A stretch of 37,708 nt of DNA. Source: Nemertoderma westbladi. Taxonomy: Eukaryota > Animalia > Xenacoelomorpha. Below the pieces are notes generated by a model, which saw only the letters and a program-made list of their open reading frames with translations, had not been told where the DNA came from and ran no database searches. Made by a program: the position numbers and the translations under genes. Shown here piece by piece: positions 35,955-37,708 of the stretch; the first letter of the stretch is position 1; each line of letters opens with the position of its first letter. The stretch is taken from contig JAUCBJ010002198.1 of assembly GCA_032718475.1 (NCBI GenBank), positions 1-37,708 on the forward strand. The letters run 5' to 3'.

Positions 35955-37520
35955 GAGGCCTTCGCGCAGCATCACAAATACTGACAGACTGAAACGAGCT
36001 GTCAAAACGCTTTAGTTAAAGGCATTCTTGCTGCATTATAGATAATGAAAATGCCTTTTCGCCTTCGCGCACCATGTTAAATACTGAAAAAGAGCTGCTA
36101 AATCTGTTCAGAGTCCTTTGTGTAGCATGATAAATGCCGAAAAGTGCAGTTGAAATTGTTCAGAGCATGGTTTCATGCAACATGAGAAAAACTGAAAAGA
36201 ACTGATAAAACTGCCCAGAGGCCTTCGCACAGCCTCTCAAAGCTGCTCAGGCTCAGAGACCTTTGTGCAACATGATAAACGCTGAAAAGAGATGTTGAAA
36301 CTATTCAGAGCCCTTTGTGCAGCGCAGCATGATAAATGCTGAAAAGAGCTGTTGAAACTGTTCAGAGGTCTTCGAGCAGCTTGAGAAGGACTGAAAATAG
36401 GTTTTGAAACTTTCAGGCCTTCGCGCAGAATGTAAAATACTGAAAAGAGTTTATAAAACTGTTCAGAGTCCTTCATGCAGCATGATAAATGCTGAAAATA
36501 ACAGTTGAAATTGTTCAGATGGCTTCGTGCAACATGAGAAATGCTGAAAATTGCTGTTGAAACTGTTCAGAGTTCTTCGTGCAGCATGAGAAATGCTGAA
36601 ATGGGCTGTTGAAACTGTTAAAAGGCCTTCTTTTCTGCATGAGAAATAATGAAAAGAGCTGATAAACTGTTCAGAGTACTTCATGCAGCATGCTAAATGC
36701 TGAAAATAACATTTGAAGTTGTTCAGTGGGCTGTGTGCAATATTACAATGCCGAAAATAGCTGTTGAAATTGTTCAGAGGCCTTCGTGCAGCATGATAAA
36801 TGCTGAAAGGGCTGTTGAAACTGCTAAAAGGCCTTCATGCAGCATGAGTAATACTGAAAAGAGCTGATAAAACTGTTCAGAGTCCTCAAGGCAGCATGAT
36901 AAATGCTGAAAATAACATTTGAAGTTTTACAGAGGACTTCGTGCAATGTGAGAATACCGAAAATAGCTGTCCAATATGATCAAGATCAAAGTCCTTCTTG
37001 CAGCATGAGAAATGCTGAAAAGAGTTGTTGAAACTGTTAAAAGCCCTCGTGCAGCATGAGCAATACTGAAAAGAGCTCATAAAACTGTTCAGAATCCTTC
37101 ATGCAGCATGATGAATGCTGAAAAGAACAGTTGAAATTGTTCCAGGGGCTTCGTGCAACATGAGAAATGTTGGAAATAGCTGTTAGAACTGTTCAGAGAC
37201 CTTCATGCAGCATGAGAAAGGCCGAAAAGAGCTGTTGACACTGTTAAAAGGAATTCGTAAAGCATGACAAATGCTGAAATGAGCTGTTTAAATTGTTCAG
37301 AGGCCTTTGTGCAGCTTGATAAAATACTGAAATAGCTGCGAAATTGTCCAGGCCTTTGCGCAGCATGTGAAATGCTTTGAAACTGTAAAAGGCTTTGAAA
37401 CTGTTCTGAAGCCTTTGCGATCGTCGCAATTTTCCAACCATGCAAACACGAATTGTTGAAACAATTCAGAGGCCTTCGTGCGGCATAGCATGGGAAATGC
37501 TGAAAAGGACTGTTGAAACG
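35955..37520. repeat. Diverged 52-bp satellite, about 30 copies
   Basis: Approximate consensus GTTCAGAGGCCTTCGTGCAGCATGAGAAATGCTGAAAAGAGCTGTTGAAACT. Units start at 36461, 36513, 36565, 36617, 36669 and 36721. Confidence 0.95.
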
Positions 37521-37708
37521 GGTTTATAAGGTATACAGACAGATACTGAAACCAAATGCCAAATGAATATAAATAAGCAGACCGCCCTGCAAGGACATAC
37601 AGTAGATGTTAACATGCCAAGCCAATCGCCAATACTGATAAACAACAACACTCAGACACTGGGAGGTACGAGAGATGATTGGATGGAGAACTACTGTACT
37701 ATTATTTA

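Noticed and set aside
35955-37520. CRISPR array, or the repeat-protein ORFs at 36237-37651
   Set aside because: These are contiguous diverged monomers with no unique spacers and no cas genes, in a eukaryotic context. The ORFs are short by-products of the satellite.

Overview
Eukaryotic, probably invertebrate, repeat-rich DNA with no recognisable host gene. Two different, decayed BEL/Pao LTR retrotransposons lie on the minus strand. Element A runs from about 9614 off the left edge. Element B spans 10092-35306; it has TGTT...AACA termini and a near-perfect 5-bp TSD (ACACT/GCACT), and it inserted into an old LINE fragment. Internal duplications and a deletion inflate B to about 25 kb. The main observation is a large extra ORF after the integrase of B, where env would normally sit. 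Reconstructed at about 1,235 aa, it contains a WRN/EXD-type DEDDy 3'-5' exonuclease-like domain followed by three CCHC zinc knuckles. Element A starts an apparently homologous ORF at the same position (227 to the window edge, missed by the ORF track), which suggests a conserved accessory gene of this BEL/Pao lineage. The right flank holds a palindromic 17-bp array or MITE-like relic and a 52-bp satellite with a 4-mer higher-order repeat. All domain calls come from reading motifs by eye; no searches were run.
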